A DNA stretch of 64,000 nt from contig NC_043001.1 in the NCBI RefSeq assembly GCF_006345805.1, positions 20,522,001-20,586,000 on the forward strand, written 5' to 3'. This document shows, piece after piece, positions 13,996-27,295 of the stretch. The DNA is from Octopus sinensis. Its lineage: Eukaryota. The notes under the pieces are model-generated. The model was not told where the DNA came from and did no database searches. It worked only from the letters and a program-made list of their open reading frames with translations. The position numbers and the translations under genes were made by a program. Numbering within the stretch: position 1 is the stretch's first letter; the number at the start of each line of letters is the position of its first letter.

Positions 13996-14909
13996 TTGGA
14001 TACAATATACAGGTGGGCTGAGGACAACAACATGCAGTTTAATGCAGGTAAGTTCCAGGCCCTGCGCTACCGGCACACAAAGGTAAACAACATGCAGACT
14101 GGATACACTGACCCGGGAAGAATTGCAATCCCTGAGTCAAAATCAGTGCGTGACCTGGGCATTGACATGAGCAATGATACATCTTTCCAAGTGCATATTA
14201 CTAATTTGGTGATAAAATGCAGATGGCCAGCTGGATGGATTCTCCAAACTTTCAGAACAAGAGAGAAGGAGACCCTGATGGTCCTGTGGAAAACTTTCGT
14301 CCTCAGCCGCTTGGACTACTGCTCCCAACTATGGTCACCACACAATATAAAGCTAACAGCAGAACTCGAAGCAATTCAAAGAAGCTACACTAAGAAGATC
14401 ATCTCAATGCAACATATCAGCTACTGGGAAAGACTGAAAGTATTAAAACTCTTCTCCTTAGAGCAAAGGCAGGAGAGATATGCGGTGATATACATCTGGA
14501 AAATCCTGGAGGGTCTTGTCCCAAACTTTGGCATTCAAAGTTACCCCAACTGCAGAACAGGGCGCCACTGCATGGTGCCAAAGATTTCAACATCAGCATC
14601 AAAATACAGGACCAGATACTGCAACAGCTTGAGTTTCAGAGACCACAGCTCTTCAACATCCTCCCTAAATGCCTGAGAGACTTGCATGGTGTGGATGAGA
14701 GTTACTTTAAAACTAAACTGGATCTCTTCTTGTCGGGGGTCCCAGATGAACCTACCTCACGGCAGGAGACACAGATGCGGGCAGCGGCATCGAACTCCCT
14801 TGTTGACCAAATGCCATGTATCAGAGGTGGATTCACATATTAGTGTAGCTCATTCAGTGGTGGTGCCCCAGCATGGCCGCAGCCTTCGGGCTGATACATT
14901 TTTAAGGAT

Positions 14910-14910
<1 letters not shown>
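13996..14910 (+). mobile_element. CR1-clade LINE 3' fragment (second family), little degraded
   Basis: 226-aa ORF with [72 protein letters not shown]; 3' stem-loop CAGCC-TTCG-GGCTG; flanked by (TA)n. Confidence 0.9.
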
Positions 14911-14999
<89 letters not shown>

Positions 15000-15053
15000 A
15001 TATATATATATATGTATGTATATACACACACACACACATATATATATATATAT

Positions 15054-15084
<31 letters not shown>

Positions 15085-15086
15085 AT

Positions 15087-15136
<50 letters not shown>

Positions 15137-15148
15137 ATACACACACAC

Positions 15149-15208
<60 letters not shown>

Positions 15209-15567
15209 TATATATTACATGTTTATGCATGTATGTATGTATCTTTGTATCTATGTATGTATATTCAGGTGTTTTTGAACAAATACTTGATGCAATCACA
15301 AAAATTTGAAGCAAGATATTCTTTAAAAAATTAACTATTTTAAAATACTGTAGGAAAAAGAAATTACACAAACCTTCTGGAAGGAAGTTTTTGTATTGTG
15401 TATGTAAGCATTTTTATTGTTAAATTTATGTGTGATAAAGTAATCCATATAGAGGAAGTTGTTTTTAGTATTCATGTTGACTTTTTCCAGTTTAGTTTCA
15501 GATTTAGAATTCTTATACAGTATCTTTCTTTTGCCTTTTATAATTGATCATTTTCTTTTATTTTTTT

Positions 15568-15942
15568 TCTTTTTTCTTTTACTTGTTTCAGTCATTTGAC
15601 TGCGGCCATGCTGGAGCACCGCCTTTTTTTTAGTCGAGCAAATCAACCCCGGGACTTATTCTTTGTAAGCCCAGTACTTATTCTATCGGTCTCTTTTTGC
15701 CGAACCGCTAAGTGACGGGGATGTAAACACACCAGCACACAAACACACACACATACATATATATATAGATATATATGCGACAGGCTTCTTTCAGTTTCCG
15801 TCTACCAAATCCACTCACAAGGCATTGGTCGGCCCGGGGCTATAGCAGAAGACACTTGCCCAAGGTGCCACGCAGTGGGACTGAACCCGGAACCATGTGG
15901 TTGGTTAGCAAGCTACTTACCACACAGCCACTCCTGCGCCTA
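15568..15942 (-). mobile_element. tRNA-derived SINE family A (representative)
   Basis: Head GCGCAGGAGTGGCTGTGTGGTAAG...GGTTCAGTCCC, internal (TA/TG)n, tail CAGCATGGCCGCAGTCAAATGACTGAAACAAGTAAAAG. Other copies at about 8777-9028, 19596-19993, 35063-35430, 35482-35890, 36852-37200, 38838-39093, 43594-44008, 49135-49538, 53770-53965, 57770-57960, 59850-60120. Confidence 0.88.
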
Positions 15943-17783
15943 TCTTGAAAAAAAAAAAAAAAAAAAGAAATACTTTGAATTTTTCACTTACACAAATATC
16001 TAGGTATTCACTACATGGAACATTTCTAAGAGACAAATCATTAATTTATTGTTAATGCACTCTCACATATTGTATTAATTCTGATCCTGTTTGACCAATG
16101 TACTTCTCATTGCTGGCCTGCTCGCTTAGCCAGCGGGGTGGCGTCGTTCGAAGACTAAAAACAATGCAAACTCATTGTGACCAGCGATGTGTAACTACAT
16201 CTGATGGACTAGTCGGAAGAAAACAAGGAAGGAAGAAAACTTCTCATTGCATTGACAGCATGTATTGCAGTAAATGAGATTTTTTTAATTGGCAATTCAT
16301 GTTTGCATTATTTTTTTACTTCCTTCCCATTCTTAAATCCTGTTCCATTATTTTACATGTCCCACATCTATAATTGTTACTTGCATTCTTATTAATATTT
16401 TTTTATGTGAATTTCACCTATGTTAAAAATCTTTCAAAAGTGGGCGGTTGATTCAGCTATTCATGATATGTGACTTGTTATTTTTGCATGATTTGATGAC
16501 TAATGTAAAATTAGAAGGTACAGTTTAGCTGAATGGAAGATTTGGTTTCTAAGGATACAAGTGACTACAAATGGAACATTTGCATTTGTATTTTTGTTTT
16601 CACCCTCAGTGTGTGGGATTTTTCCTTAAAACAGAGATTGGGATTTCTTTTGCTTAAGTTATGGCATGATTTAGCAAATTTTGTAGTTTAGTTTCTGAAG
16701 TAACATTTTAGTTTCACCTTTCATTTCTATTAACCTAAATACCTCCATAACCATGACTTCAGCAGAGATCTGTTGTAACTGTTTCATTTTCTTTAACTAT
16801 CAAGATGTCCAAAAAAAGGAAGTTCCCTTCTATCTTTTTACTTCTTTTAGTCATTAAACTGTGGCCAAGCTGGGGCACCACCTCGAAGAATTTTTAATCG
16901 AATGTATTGACCCCCAGTACTTATTTTTTAAAAGCCTGGTACTTATTCTATCAGCAGCTTTTGCTGAATCGCTAAGTTACAGGGATGTAAACACCAGCAT
17001 CAATTGTCCAGCAGTGGTGATAGACAAACACAGACACAGAAACACCCCCCACACATACACACAAAGATGATGACATGGGACAAGGTGGTCAAGCATGACC
17101 TTCGTACGTTGAGCCTCACAGAGGCTATGATGAAAGACCGAGATTTCTGGAGATATGCTGTGACTTCGAAGACCTGACAAATCAAGTGAGTTCGTGGCTT
17201 GCAGGACGGCCTGCTGTGCTTGAGGAGAACTATTGTTTCAAGTTCATCAACATCAAAATAAAAAATTGTATGGATATTGTAGTTGTGATACCCATGCCGG
17301 TGGCATGTAGGGCCTCGCAGAGGCAATGACGAAGACCAAGACCTGAGATATGCTGTGACAGTGATGACCCAACAAATGAAATGAGTTCATGGCTCACAGG
17401 ACGACCTTCTGTACTAACCTTGGATCGTAGAGTGACCCGCTGTTCTTGAGGAGACCTATTGAGTCAAGTATGTCAACACCAACATCAAAATGAAAATCAA
17501 ATGGAAATTGTAGATAAGATACCCATGCCGGTGACACGTAAAAAGCACCGTCCGAACATGGCAGATAGCACTGCCTGACTGGCGTCCGTGTCGGTGACAC
17601 ATAAAAGCACCAACCAATTGTGGCCGTTTGCCAGCCACCTCTGGCCCCTGTGCCGGTGACACGTAAAAAGCACCCACTACACTCACGGAGTGGTTAGCTT
17701 AAACATCATACTTTGCCAGGTGCATCTTCTAAAAGGTATAAAAAGGAAGAAGTTGAGATGTATTGAAAGATACAGATAAGGAA

Positions 17784-17856
17784 ATAATTTTAGCTTAATG
17801 GTAAAGCACTTGACGCGTAATCACAGGGATGTGAGTTCAAGTCACATGACTGGCCG
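17784..17856 (+). pseudogene. Degenerate tRNA-Thr(CGT)-like relic
   Basis: TAGCTTAATGGTAAAGC (D arm), CTTGA-CG-CGT-AA-TCA (anticodon arm), GTGAGTTCAAGTCACA (T arm); 5' acceptor strand absent and several stem mismatches. Confidence 0.4.
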
Positions 17857-18129
17857 CCAACAGATTTTTCTGCAAAATAGGGGTAGTTTACCCTGTCCAT
17901 GCTATATTATTAGCATTATCCTGCATTTGAGAATAAAATTATTTCTTTATGTGCATCCTTCAATACATCTCAATGCTTCTAAAGCAAACTTTGTTGACTT
18001 TCAACGTAAGTTGAATTTTATACACACACACGACGATGATGATGATGATATTCTTTCTGGTTTCCTCACAACCATTCCCCTTTCTTCTCTCCCTTCTCTT
18101 ACTTCTCCTCCTCCCTCCCGCCGTTAACC

Positions 18130-18720
18130 TGCGACGAGAGCCTTGTCACCTTCTTTCTCGCCTGACCTTCTTGAGGTGTGGACGGCAATTTTCTTTGCTC
18201 CCTTCGCCGTCCACAGAAATAGCGTTCGTAATACTTTTTATCGTTCGGCTTAACAGCCCTTCTTGTCTTGTTATTTTCCTTGTCCTGCCTTTTACTGCTT
18301 ATATTTTGTACTGTCGTTACTGTCCTGTTTTTGTTACCATTTTTACCCCTCTGCAAAAAGATCTCAAATTTTATTTGATTTGCTTTTCGCAGGAAGGAAA
18401 GTTTCTATCGAAGATACGTCTCGCCTTCACCTTCGAAACGTAGAGTAGATGAAACCATTGCGACTGAAGAAGGGGTTTTTTCCTTGTGTTATTTATCCTG
18501 TACTCTATTTTTTTTGTTGTTTAAGAAAAATGTCCAGTTCCTTGGGTTTGTGTCTATGTTTTCGTTTCTCATTGTGTTCAACGTTTTTTTGGTGTCCTGT
18601 ACTCATATATGCATGTATATATACATGTAGAGGTAGGTACGTACATATATGTATATATATATATATATATATATGCATATGTTTTATTTATTAATATATT
18701 ATATGAAGGAACGCACGCAT
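18130..18720 (+). mobile_element. Penelope-like element 3' remnant with half hammerhead motifs
   Basis: TTCGAAACGTA (18432) and CTGAAGAAGGGG (18464); reverse-complement copy at ~33975-34212; weak GIY-YIG-end-like peptide CGRQFSLLP...LFIVRLNSPS. Confidence 0.45.
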
Positions 18721-18727
18721 CCCTTTC

Positions 18728-18758
<31 letters not shown>

Positions 18759-21489
18759 GTTTCAAATTTTGGCACAAAGCCAGCAATTTTGGGAGGTGGG
18801 TAAGTCAATTACATCAACTTCAGTGTATAACTGATACTTATTTTATCAACCCTGACAAGATGAAAGGTAAGTCAACCTAGGCAGAGTTAATTAAACTCAG
18901 AATATAACGACGGATGAAATTCAGCTAAGCATTTAGCCAGGCATGCTAACAATTTTGCCGGCTCAATGCCTTTATATATCGAAATCAAAATCAAAATGAA
19001 ATTCAATGATGAGCATGAGCACCATATGAACGTGATCATTGACAGAGCAGTTAACCGGCTTCCGTGCCAGTGGCACATAAAAGGCACCATTCGAGTGTGA
19101 TTGTTACCAGCATCGTCTTAATGGCACTTGTGCCCCATGCTCGTAGGGTGCTAAGAGCACCATCCGAGCGTGATCGTTGCCAGAGCGGCTAACTGGCTTC
19201 CATGCTGGTGGCATGTAGGAGGCACCATTCGAGCGGGATCATTACCAGCGTCGCCTTACTGGCACCTGTGCCATTGGCATGTGTAAAAAGATTCGAGCGA
19301 GGTTGTTGCCAGTACCACCTGACTGGCCCCAGTGTCGGTGGCACGTAAAAGCACCCACTACACTCATGGAGTAGTTGGCGTTAGGAAGGGCACCCAGCAG
19401 TAGAAACTCTGCCAGATCAAGATTGAAGCCTGGTGCAGTCATCTGGTTCGCCAGCCCTCAGTCAAACCATCCAACCCATGCTAGCATGGAAAGCAGACAT
19501 TAAACGATGATGATGATGATGTGTGTGTGTGTGTATACACATTAATTACAAGAAATACTTCAGAGATGGAGATTTTATATTTTTATTAATACATTGCGCA
19601 GGAGTGGCTGTGTGGTAAGTAGCTTGCTAACCAACCACATGGTTCCGGGTTCAGTCCCACTGCGTGGCATCTTGGGCAAGTGTCTTCTGCTATAGCCCTG
19701 GGCCGACCAATGCCTTGTGAGTAGATTTGGTAGACGGAAACTGAAAGAAGCCTATCGTATATATGTATATATATGTGTATGTGTGTGTGTTTGTCCCCCT
19801 AGCATTGCTTGACAACCAATGCTGGTGTGTTTACGTCCCCGTCACTTAGTGTTTCGGCAAAAGAGACCGATAGAATAAGTACTGGGCTTACAATGAATAA
19901 GTCCCAGGGTCGATTTGCTTGACTAAAGGCAGTGCTCTAGCATGGCCACAGTCAAATGACTGAAACAAGTAAAAGAGTAAAAGAGTAAGAGTATTGCTAC
20001 ATATGTTTCAGCATGACGTATTTTTACGAGACACCTCAGCATATCCATAAGATATTATTAAATATTATTTATAATATCCATAACCCCTATGGGAGCCCAT
20101 TAATTCAACATGCATACATCTTCAGGTAATTTTTGCATTGGTTTATGTCAGATTTCCTTGGTTAAACTTCATGATATGAGTCATTCTACATCAATCAAAA
20201 CGTTCTGCTTGATTAATGAAGCGTGCCTGTAAATTCTTGCAAACTACAAGATAGAACTGGTGTATGGTGGTTGCTGTATTAGGTGTGGCAGCACACCCAG
20301 TGCCACCAAATTTCAAGCAGTGATATGACAAAATATTTCCATTAAGATTTGTGATTAAGTTAATGAGTAAGGTCAATATTTATAATGAATTGGCCATTTT
20401 CAGTGGGTGTGCAGTGCATACCTAGCACACCCACTGTGCTTTATAGACCTGCTCAAGGGAGTGTCCTCTTTATAAAGTTAATTGATATTCCTACTGTGAA
20501 GAGAGTAAAATATGAAGAAAGCATATTAAAACAAGAGCACTCAAAGAAACATAACCTATCCTCTCAATGATTAGCCAGAGATGATTTTAAAATGAGAATA
20601 TCTGAAATAAACTTGACTGCTCTCACAAACAAGAATACTAGAAATGAACCTGACCACTCTCAACAATTAAGAAAAGAAAAACCGGAAAAATAATACAGAA
20701 TCCTTGTCTGGTCCCAGATCAATCCCAAAATCTAATCAGTTCATGCCACTCATGTGGTCAAACATTCCTGAAAGTTTCATCTAAATCCATTCAACGGTTC
20801 TTGAGATATCTTGCCTATGGACAAGCAAATATGACTGAAAACAATACCTCAGTCTTTGCTAAGGTGTAGGTAATAACCCAGCATAACACACCACTTCTTC
20901 TAAACCAACAGAATCATCAGTCAATTGCAATCATATTTCAGTTTCCCAACTCTTCATACTTTTGTCTGATTGTTACATATATAGTTTGTTAAATACATTC
21001 AGAGGCACTGAAGTTTGAAAAGTTGTTTCGTGTATTTATAGTATTCCCTTTTTTTCAAGTGTTGTAGACCCTATTTCATCATCATCATCATCAACATCGT
21101 TTAGCGTCCGCTTTCCATGCTGGCATGGGTTGGACGGTGCAACTGGGGTCTGGGAAGCCAGTAGGCTGCACCAGGCCCAGTCTGATCTGGCAATGTTTCT
21201 ACGGCTGGATGCCCTTCCTAACGCCAACCACTCCATGAGTGTAGTGGGTGCTTTTTACGTGCCACCTGCACAGGTGCCAGACAAGTCTGGCAAACGGCCA
21301 TGGTCGGATGGTGCTTTTTACGTGCCACTGGCACGAAAGCCAGTCAGGGCGGCACTGCCAACGGCCACGTTCGGATGGTTCTCTTAATATAAAAATATTA
21401 AATCTACTCAAACGATCTGTATTTGAAAGGCTGGCTTTTCTCAGCCACAACAGACTTGGAAACTAAATTCTTATTTATCTTATCCCAAC

Positions 21490-22530
21490 CTCTTTTGCGT
21501 GTGGTCCCCTTTTGTTTGTTGCATACATTAATGACATAGATGCCAACTTAAAGAATGCCACAGTGATGAAATATGCAGATGACATCAAGCTGTACCTTGA
21601 GATAAAAAGGACAGTTCCTGAACACTATAGATCTTTCCTGCAACTGAACCTGGATACAATGCAACAATGGATCACAGACTGGCAACTTAAGCTAGTTGTG
21701 GACAAGTGTACCACCACGCGTTTTGGAAGGAAAAACCCAGCATGCACATATTCTCTCCACAACAATAATATCAAGAAGTCTTCCTGTGAACATGACCTGG
21801 GCATTATTGTCAGCAGCGGTTTACACTGGACAAAGCACATCTCTAAAGTTGTCAAGAAGGCTGAGGGTGTCTTGACATCACTCAGCAAAACCTTTGTCAG
21901 CCACTCTCCAGTTATCTATTTTAGGCTGTGTATATGGCTATGGTGCAGCCACACTTGGAATTTGCATCACCAGTCAGGAATCCCTATCTTGCTCAGGACA
22001 TTGACCTCCTGGAAACTGTTTAGAGATGTGCAACCAAGCAAATACCCTCCATCAAGCATCTACCATACTCTGAACACCTTGCTTCCCTGGGCATAGATAC
22101 ATTGAAGCTCTGACATCTGGTAACTGACTAGGTAAACACCCACAAAATTATTAACCCTCATGTCAACAACCACATTGAACACCTTTTTGAGCTTCATGTG
22201 TCTAACACACATGGGCATGCCTATAAAGTCAGAAAACAGCACAACTCCCATGACTTTTGGAAACATTTGTTCACATTCAGAGTTGCTGAAACATGGAACA
22301 AACTATTTGCATCAGTTGTTAGTTGCTGAGACATTGCATCCTTTAAAACCGCCATGCTTCCTGAAATTCGCCAACACTACACCTGATATCTTCCCCTCCA
22401 TACGCATGCACATATGTATATCATGACTCATACACTGTTCACTTCCCTGACTTTTGAACATAATTCTATGTACTGTACATACACCTTTGATGAGTTGTAG
22501 TCCACTTGAGCATAATACATAATAATTTTC
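21490..22530 (+). mobile_element. CR1-type LINE 3' fragment
   Basis: ORF FVAYINDIDANLKNATVMKYADDIKLY (YADD), HDLGIIVSSGLHWTKHI; same 3' end as 4690-5325. Confidence 0.92.
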
Positions 22531-22724
22531 TTTTTATTATTAAAATTATTATTATGATAATGCTGAATTGTGATGTAGACATAAAGCCAAATATGTTGGG
22601 AGCTGCAGAATGCATCAGGACCAGAAGGATTTAGCATAACTGTCATACTTCCATTGGAAAAGTGTATAATTTTATAATAAGTAATATGAGTTCTTTCATT
22701 AACTTTTAATGAAAATTGTATTCA

Positions 22725-24245
22725 TCATCATCATCCTCATCGCTTAACAACCACCTTCCATGCTGGCATAGGTGGGATGGTTTGACAGGAGCCGGCCAGG
22801 CAGAAGCCTGCACCATACTTCAGTGACTGTTTTGGCAGGATTTTTACAGCTGGATGCCCTGGATGCACTAACCACTCAGCAGAGTGGACTTAGTGCTTTT
22901 TACATGGCACAAGCACAGGCAAGGTCAGTTTTGGCAAGGTTTTTACAGCTGGATGCCCTTCCAAAGACCAACCACTTTACAGTGTGGGCTGGGTGCTTTT
23001 AAGTGGTACCTGCACTGACAGGGTCACCAAACACTTGCAAGACAAAAAAAATCTATGAGAGGGGAGGGGCATTGGAGGAAGTGATCTTGTGTCAGATGAT
23101 GAAAGGTTATAGTGAAACAGAGAGACAGAAACAATTATCTTGCTGTAGAGGAGATACAAGGTTACTCAGCTGGTGGAGAGAGAGAGAGAGAGTAAGAATG
23201 AAGACAGAAACAGGTGCACTGCTACAAAGAAAATACATAGTTACCCAAGCTGAGGGAAGTGCAAGGGAAGGAGCGAGAGAGAAAGAGACAGCAGGATAGA
23301 GATGGTGACAAAGTGCCGGGCATGCTTAAAAGGGACAGGGATCAGAATATAAATGGGATGGTTCAGTAAAGGAAGAGAGAGATATAAATGGGGCAAGTGC
23401 CAGGGCATACCCTTGAGGTTCGAACGTCATAATATAAGCGGCAGGATATTGTGAGGAACCGTGATTAGAGAATGGGGGTCGCAAAAACCTGGGTATATAT
23501 AGAGTTGGGGAGCTACCAGATAGCAATGATCCAGAGGAACTGGGCCGTGAGAACAGGATTGGGGAGTGAGGGGTAGGCATAGTGTATGAAGGAGGAAATG
23601 TGATGAAGAGAAGAGATGTAGCTATGTAAATTGGTTTGTTGGGGGTAAGGTGTGTGGAAAGTTTTCTTGTTACGTGTGGGTGGAATACACATGACGTGGT
23701 GGTGGTGGGGGGACTAGCGGAGAGCAATGATACAGTGGGACAGGGCCAAGGGGGCAGGATTGGGGAGTGCGAGGTAAGCATAGGGCATGAAGTGGAAATG
23801 CGAGGAAGTGAAGAGATGTAGTTTGGTTTGTTGTGGCAGAGTGTGTGAGAAGTTTTCTTGCTAAGTGTGGGTGGGACACACAGGCTTCAAGAACTCAGTT
23901 CGTGGGAGGGTCTTCTCAAGAACCTCACATCGCCAGATATCTCGGTCCATTGTCATTTCCTCCGTGAGGCCCAACATCCTGAGATCGGTCCTTACCACTT
24001 CATCCCACGTCTCCCTGGGTCTCCCTCTCCCGCAGGTGATCGACACTTCTTTATGCCGCTGTCCTCATTCCTACGCATCACATGTCCAAACCAACGTAGT
24101 CTTCTCTTTTGCCTGTCACATTTAATTCCGCTTATGCCCAACTTTTCTCTCAATACAATTGCACTTTGGAGTACATGCGCACTGAGCACTTCGTTTCTGT
24201 CCAGTCTGTGCACGTCTTCCGTATTCAGCAGAGCCTGTGTCTCCA
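22725..24245 (-). mobile_element. RTE LINE 3' fragment (older subfamily) with long 3' UTR
   Basis: LRWFGHVMRRNEDSGIKKC, CGRGRPRETWDEVVRTDLRMLGLTEEMT; UTR contains a diverged direct repeat (~23560-23700 vs ~23760-23880); (CAT)n tail on +. Confidence 0.75.
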
Positions 24246-24922
24246 AAAATCGATTTCATATTAAAAAAATATAAATACAATATGTTTATACATATTTACC
24301 AATTATTATTTAATTATGAAAGAATATTATTTTTACTTTCTGCCCACGGGTGACGGTGGTGAGTCACACTTTAAATTATTTAGTAAAATGAAACCAATAG
24401 CTGAAAAAAAATATTTACTGGTAACTTAAGCTCTAATAAGATATATACTTTGAAGTTTCACTAAAAGCCAGATTATGATATGAAGAAGAAAACGGATGTT
24501 TCGTTTAATGATCTAAAATAGAGAACACCATAATTTTTGTGGGTTTTTTTGGATTTCTTATTTTTTATTTTTATCTAATTTGCTTCTCTCGGTGAAGCAA
24601 AAAGAATAAACACTACGTTAGAGTTACGTACCTTGCTTACACTCTGCAAATAGTAACATTGTTAATTTCGTCTTAGCTTAAGGTAAGGTGCTTTCACTCT
24701 TGTTTTGTTTTTTTTTAAATAAGTTTTTACTTGTTTTATTTTTCGTAACACCCCTTAAAAAAATTATAACTTCTCCTTCTCAACATACTTTTGAGTCTTT
24801 TTCGATTTATTCCTTTATTTCTCAGAAATGTGTTAACTTTGAAATTTTGTCAACTCCTCTTATTAATTATTCCAAGAAAACGAGAGATCTTTTGTAAATA
24901 ATTGTTTTGCTCTTCTATATAT

Positions 24923-24977
<55 letters not shown>

Positions 24978-26406
24978 TAAATTAGAGATAAAACCACTAT
25001 TAGGCAAATCATACAATGAAAAACTTAAGCCAATACATAAGATTAATTAATTTATATTATTTAAATATATATCAAAATTATTAAAAAAGATAATTAATAT
25101 ATATATATATATATATATATATAACGTATATGTATATTTTTCTCCGTTAAAACAAATATATGGACATACAATGTTTATATATATGGAAGATGAGAGCAAG
25201 AAGTTTTATATAAACTTCACTAAAGTGAAATAAAAAAATAGCGGCGAAGTTTCGTATATGCCAAAATAGCTAAACCAGATTTTGACATAACGTCAGTTTT
25301 ATGGTTATAAAGCATTTTATAAGTGTTTTCCTTTATTTTATAAATCGGCAAGTCATCTGAAATTAGTGAATGCTCACATTATCGTCAAGCATATGAAACA
25401 TTTCACAACGAACCTATGTAGAATCTTCTACGTACTTGGTTGACTTGCTAAAAATAGTAGCCAAATTTCCCTGAAATCCTGTCTTCTCGTCTTGAAACTT
25501 TAACTAATCACCTATAAAAAAACATCTAAGGCTATGTTGGCTAGTTTAGTAATAGATACATAATGCATGAACGTCTTTTTATCATGGGTCTATTCAGTTG
25601 GTGCCAACATGGATCTAAATATTTAGCAGTGAACCTCCACGCTGTAAGTTGATCTGTCAGAAATAGCAGTCAAGTCTCCCTAAAATAATATCCATCCTAG
25701 TCTTTAAAAATAGTAATACAGCTAAAATGATATAAAAATGACGGAATAGTCACGGCTAGAAAGCTTTTGATCATATATCTGGTCGATCAGGCCTACGAGA
25801 AGCTAAACAACTGAATTAGCAATCAGATTAAGCGAACTGAGACCTCAAATGTGGGAAACAAGTATAACCGATTGATCGACTCCAGTATTCGAATATTGAC
25901 TTTATACCGATCCAGGAAGCGAGGAAACGCAAAGTTGGCCTCATTAAGTTTGGTTATTTACAAACAAATACCATCCCATTGTATCGGAAATTTATTTACG
26001 TTTTCCAGAGATATTGCTTTTTGTTTTATATTCGCTTTACGTAAATGTTTCAACGATCTCTTTCACCATCTCTTTCAGTATTCCGATATTCTTTTATTCC
26101 CGGATACAAAACCTCTTACTTATATAGATGTCGTAATTGTTCAGGACATCAAAGGTGGATTCAAATTAATGCCGGCTGTTGAAATGGAAGGTTAGTGTTT
26201 GACAATCCCTTATTTTCTTTAGGTATCCATCGTTAAGTAATCACCAATGTAATATACGTACATACATATATGTATATATATATAGGTATATATACGTACA
26301 TACATACATACATGCATATATATGTATATATGTATATATATATATATAATATATATATATATATACACACATACACATATATATATATATATATATACAC
26401 ACACAT

Positions 26407-26489
<83 letters not shown>

Positions 26490-27200
26490 TACACACACAT
26501 ACATACATATACATATATATAGTAAGCACTTCAAAGCCAACGAGGAAGCCTCTGCGCGCAGTTGCTCGACATTCTAGAAATAGCAACCCGAATCTCGGTC
26601 AAACGGGAACCCACCGTATTAACTAAAGAAGTATAGGTTAGGACAATAAAATCTCTCTTGACACACACACACACGAGGGTTAACACGACTGGAACACTTT
26701 TGGTTATTGGTCGTCTCGATTAGATTAATATGGAGCCAAACAAATACTACAATTTATAAACCTCTACGTAATCGTTCCGTCCATCTGCTAAGAATAGCAG
26801 CCGAATTTCCCCGAATTCCCACCCTAGGTCAGATAAAAGACTTCGTGGTTACGGACGGAACAACTTTGTTAATAGGTCTATTCAGTGAGGCCTGACGTCG
26901 GGCTAAACTAATGGAGCAGTAATATTTTTACATTTCCTTCTTAATTTTTTTATAAAGTTATCCACTTCCATGATTTATTTATATCGACATACGCGTAATA
27001 TGGCAAAAGATTTCTTTTTAAAATTCAACATCGATAATGAGACCGGAGTAATAAACCTTTCCGATAGTAATTAATATAAAAGTGAGGGGAAAAATTATAA
27101 ACATATTGCTTAAGTTTACAAACATACTGTTCGAAAAAATACATCAAACAGTTCGTAAAAGACAAGTTATAAGGTTTTTGATACTAACATATATGCACCT
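24240..27200. promoter_or_regulatory. Putative CpG-retaining promoter / 5' region of the IKK gene
   Basis: Largely unique sequence in which even old SINE relics keep CpGs (GCGCGC, ACGGACGG, GACGTCGG); contains the candidate ATG exon, a strong donor AAG|GTAAGG near 24682 and acceptors before 26128 and 26145. Confidence 0.5.
26169..26190 (+). CDS. IKK: IKKalpha/beta-like kinase, candidate first coding exon (MPAVEME+G, phase 1)
   Basis: ATG CCG GCT GTT GAA ATG GAA G|GTTAGT; the phase-1 end matches the phase-1 start of exon 44151 (G+GC=Gly); lies in the CpG-retaining region. Confidence 0.55.
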
Positions 27201-27295
27201 ATTTATTTACAATAGTTGTTTGTTCCACACACACACACACACATACATATATTAGTGTGTGTGAGTGTGTGCGTGTATATATATATATATATATA

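Noticed and set aside
16485-16700. TGATGA / CTGA boxes as a C/D snoRNA
   Set aside because: Spacing wrong, no terminal stem, no recognisable rRNA-complementary guide
20240-20630. Possible hAT transposase C-terminal remnant
   Set aside because: Peptide similarity too weak to support by eye
23326-23781. 151-aa Pro/Ser-rich minus-strand ORF
   Set aside because: Lies in the C-rich 3' UTR of an RTE copy; compositional artefact
25846-25859. CAAATGTGGGAAAC match to U1 snRNA
   Set aside because: Flanks show no U1 similarity
26800-26822. kappa-B-like sites (GGGAAATTCG) suggesting NF-kB feedback on IKK
   Set aside because: Imperfect match to GGGRNNYYCC and located within a SINE relic
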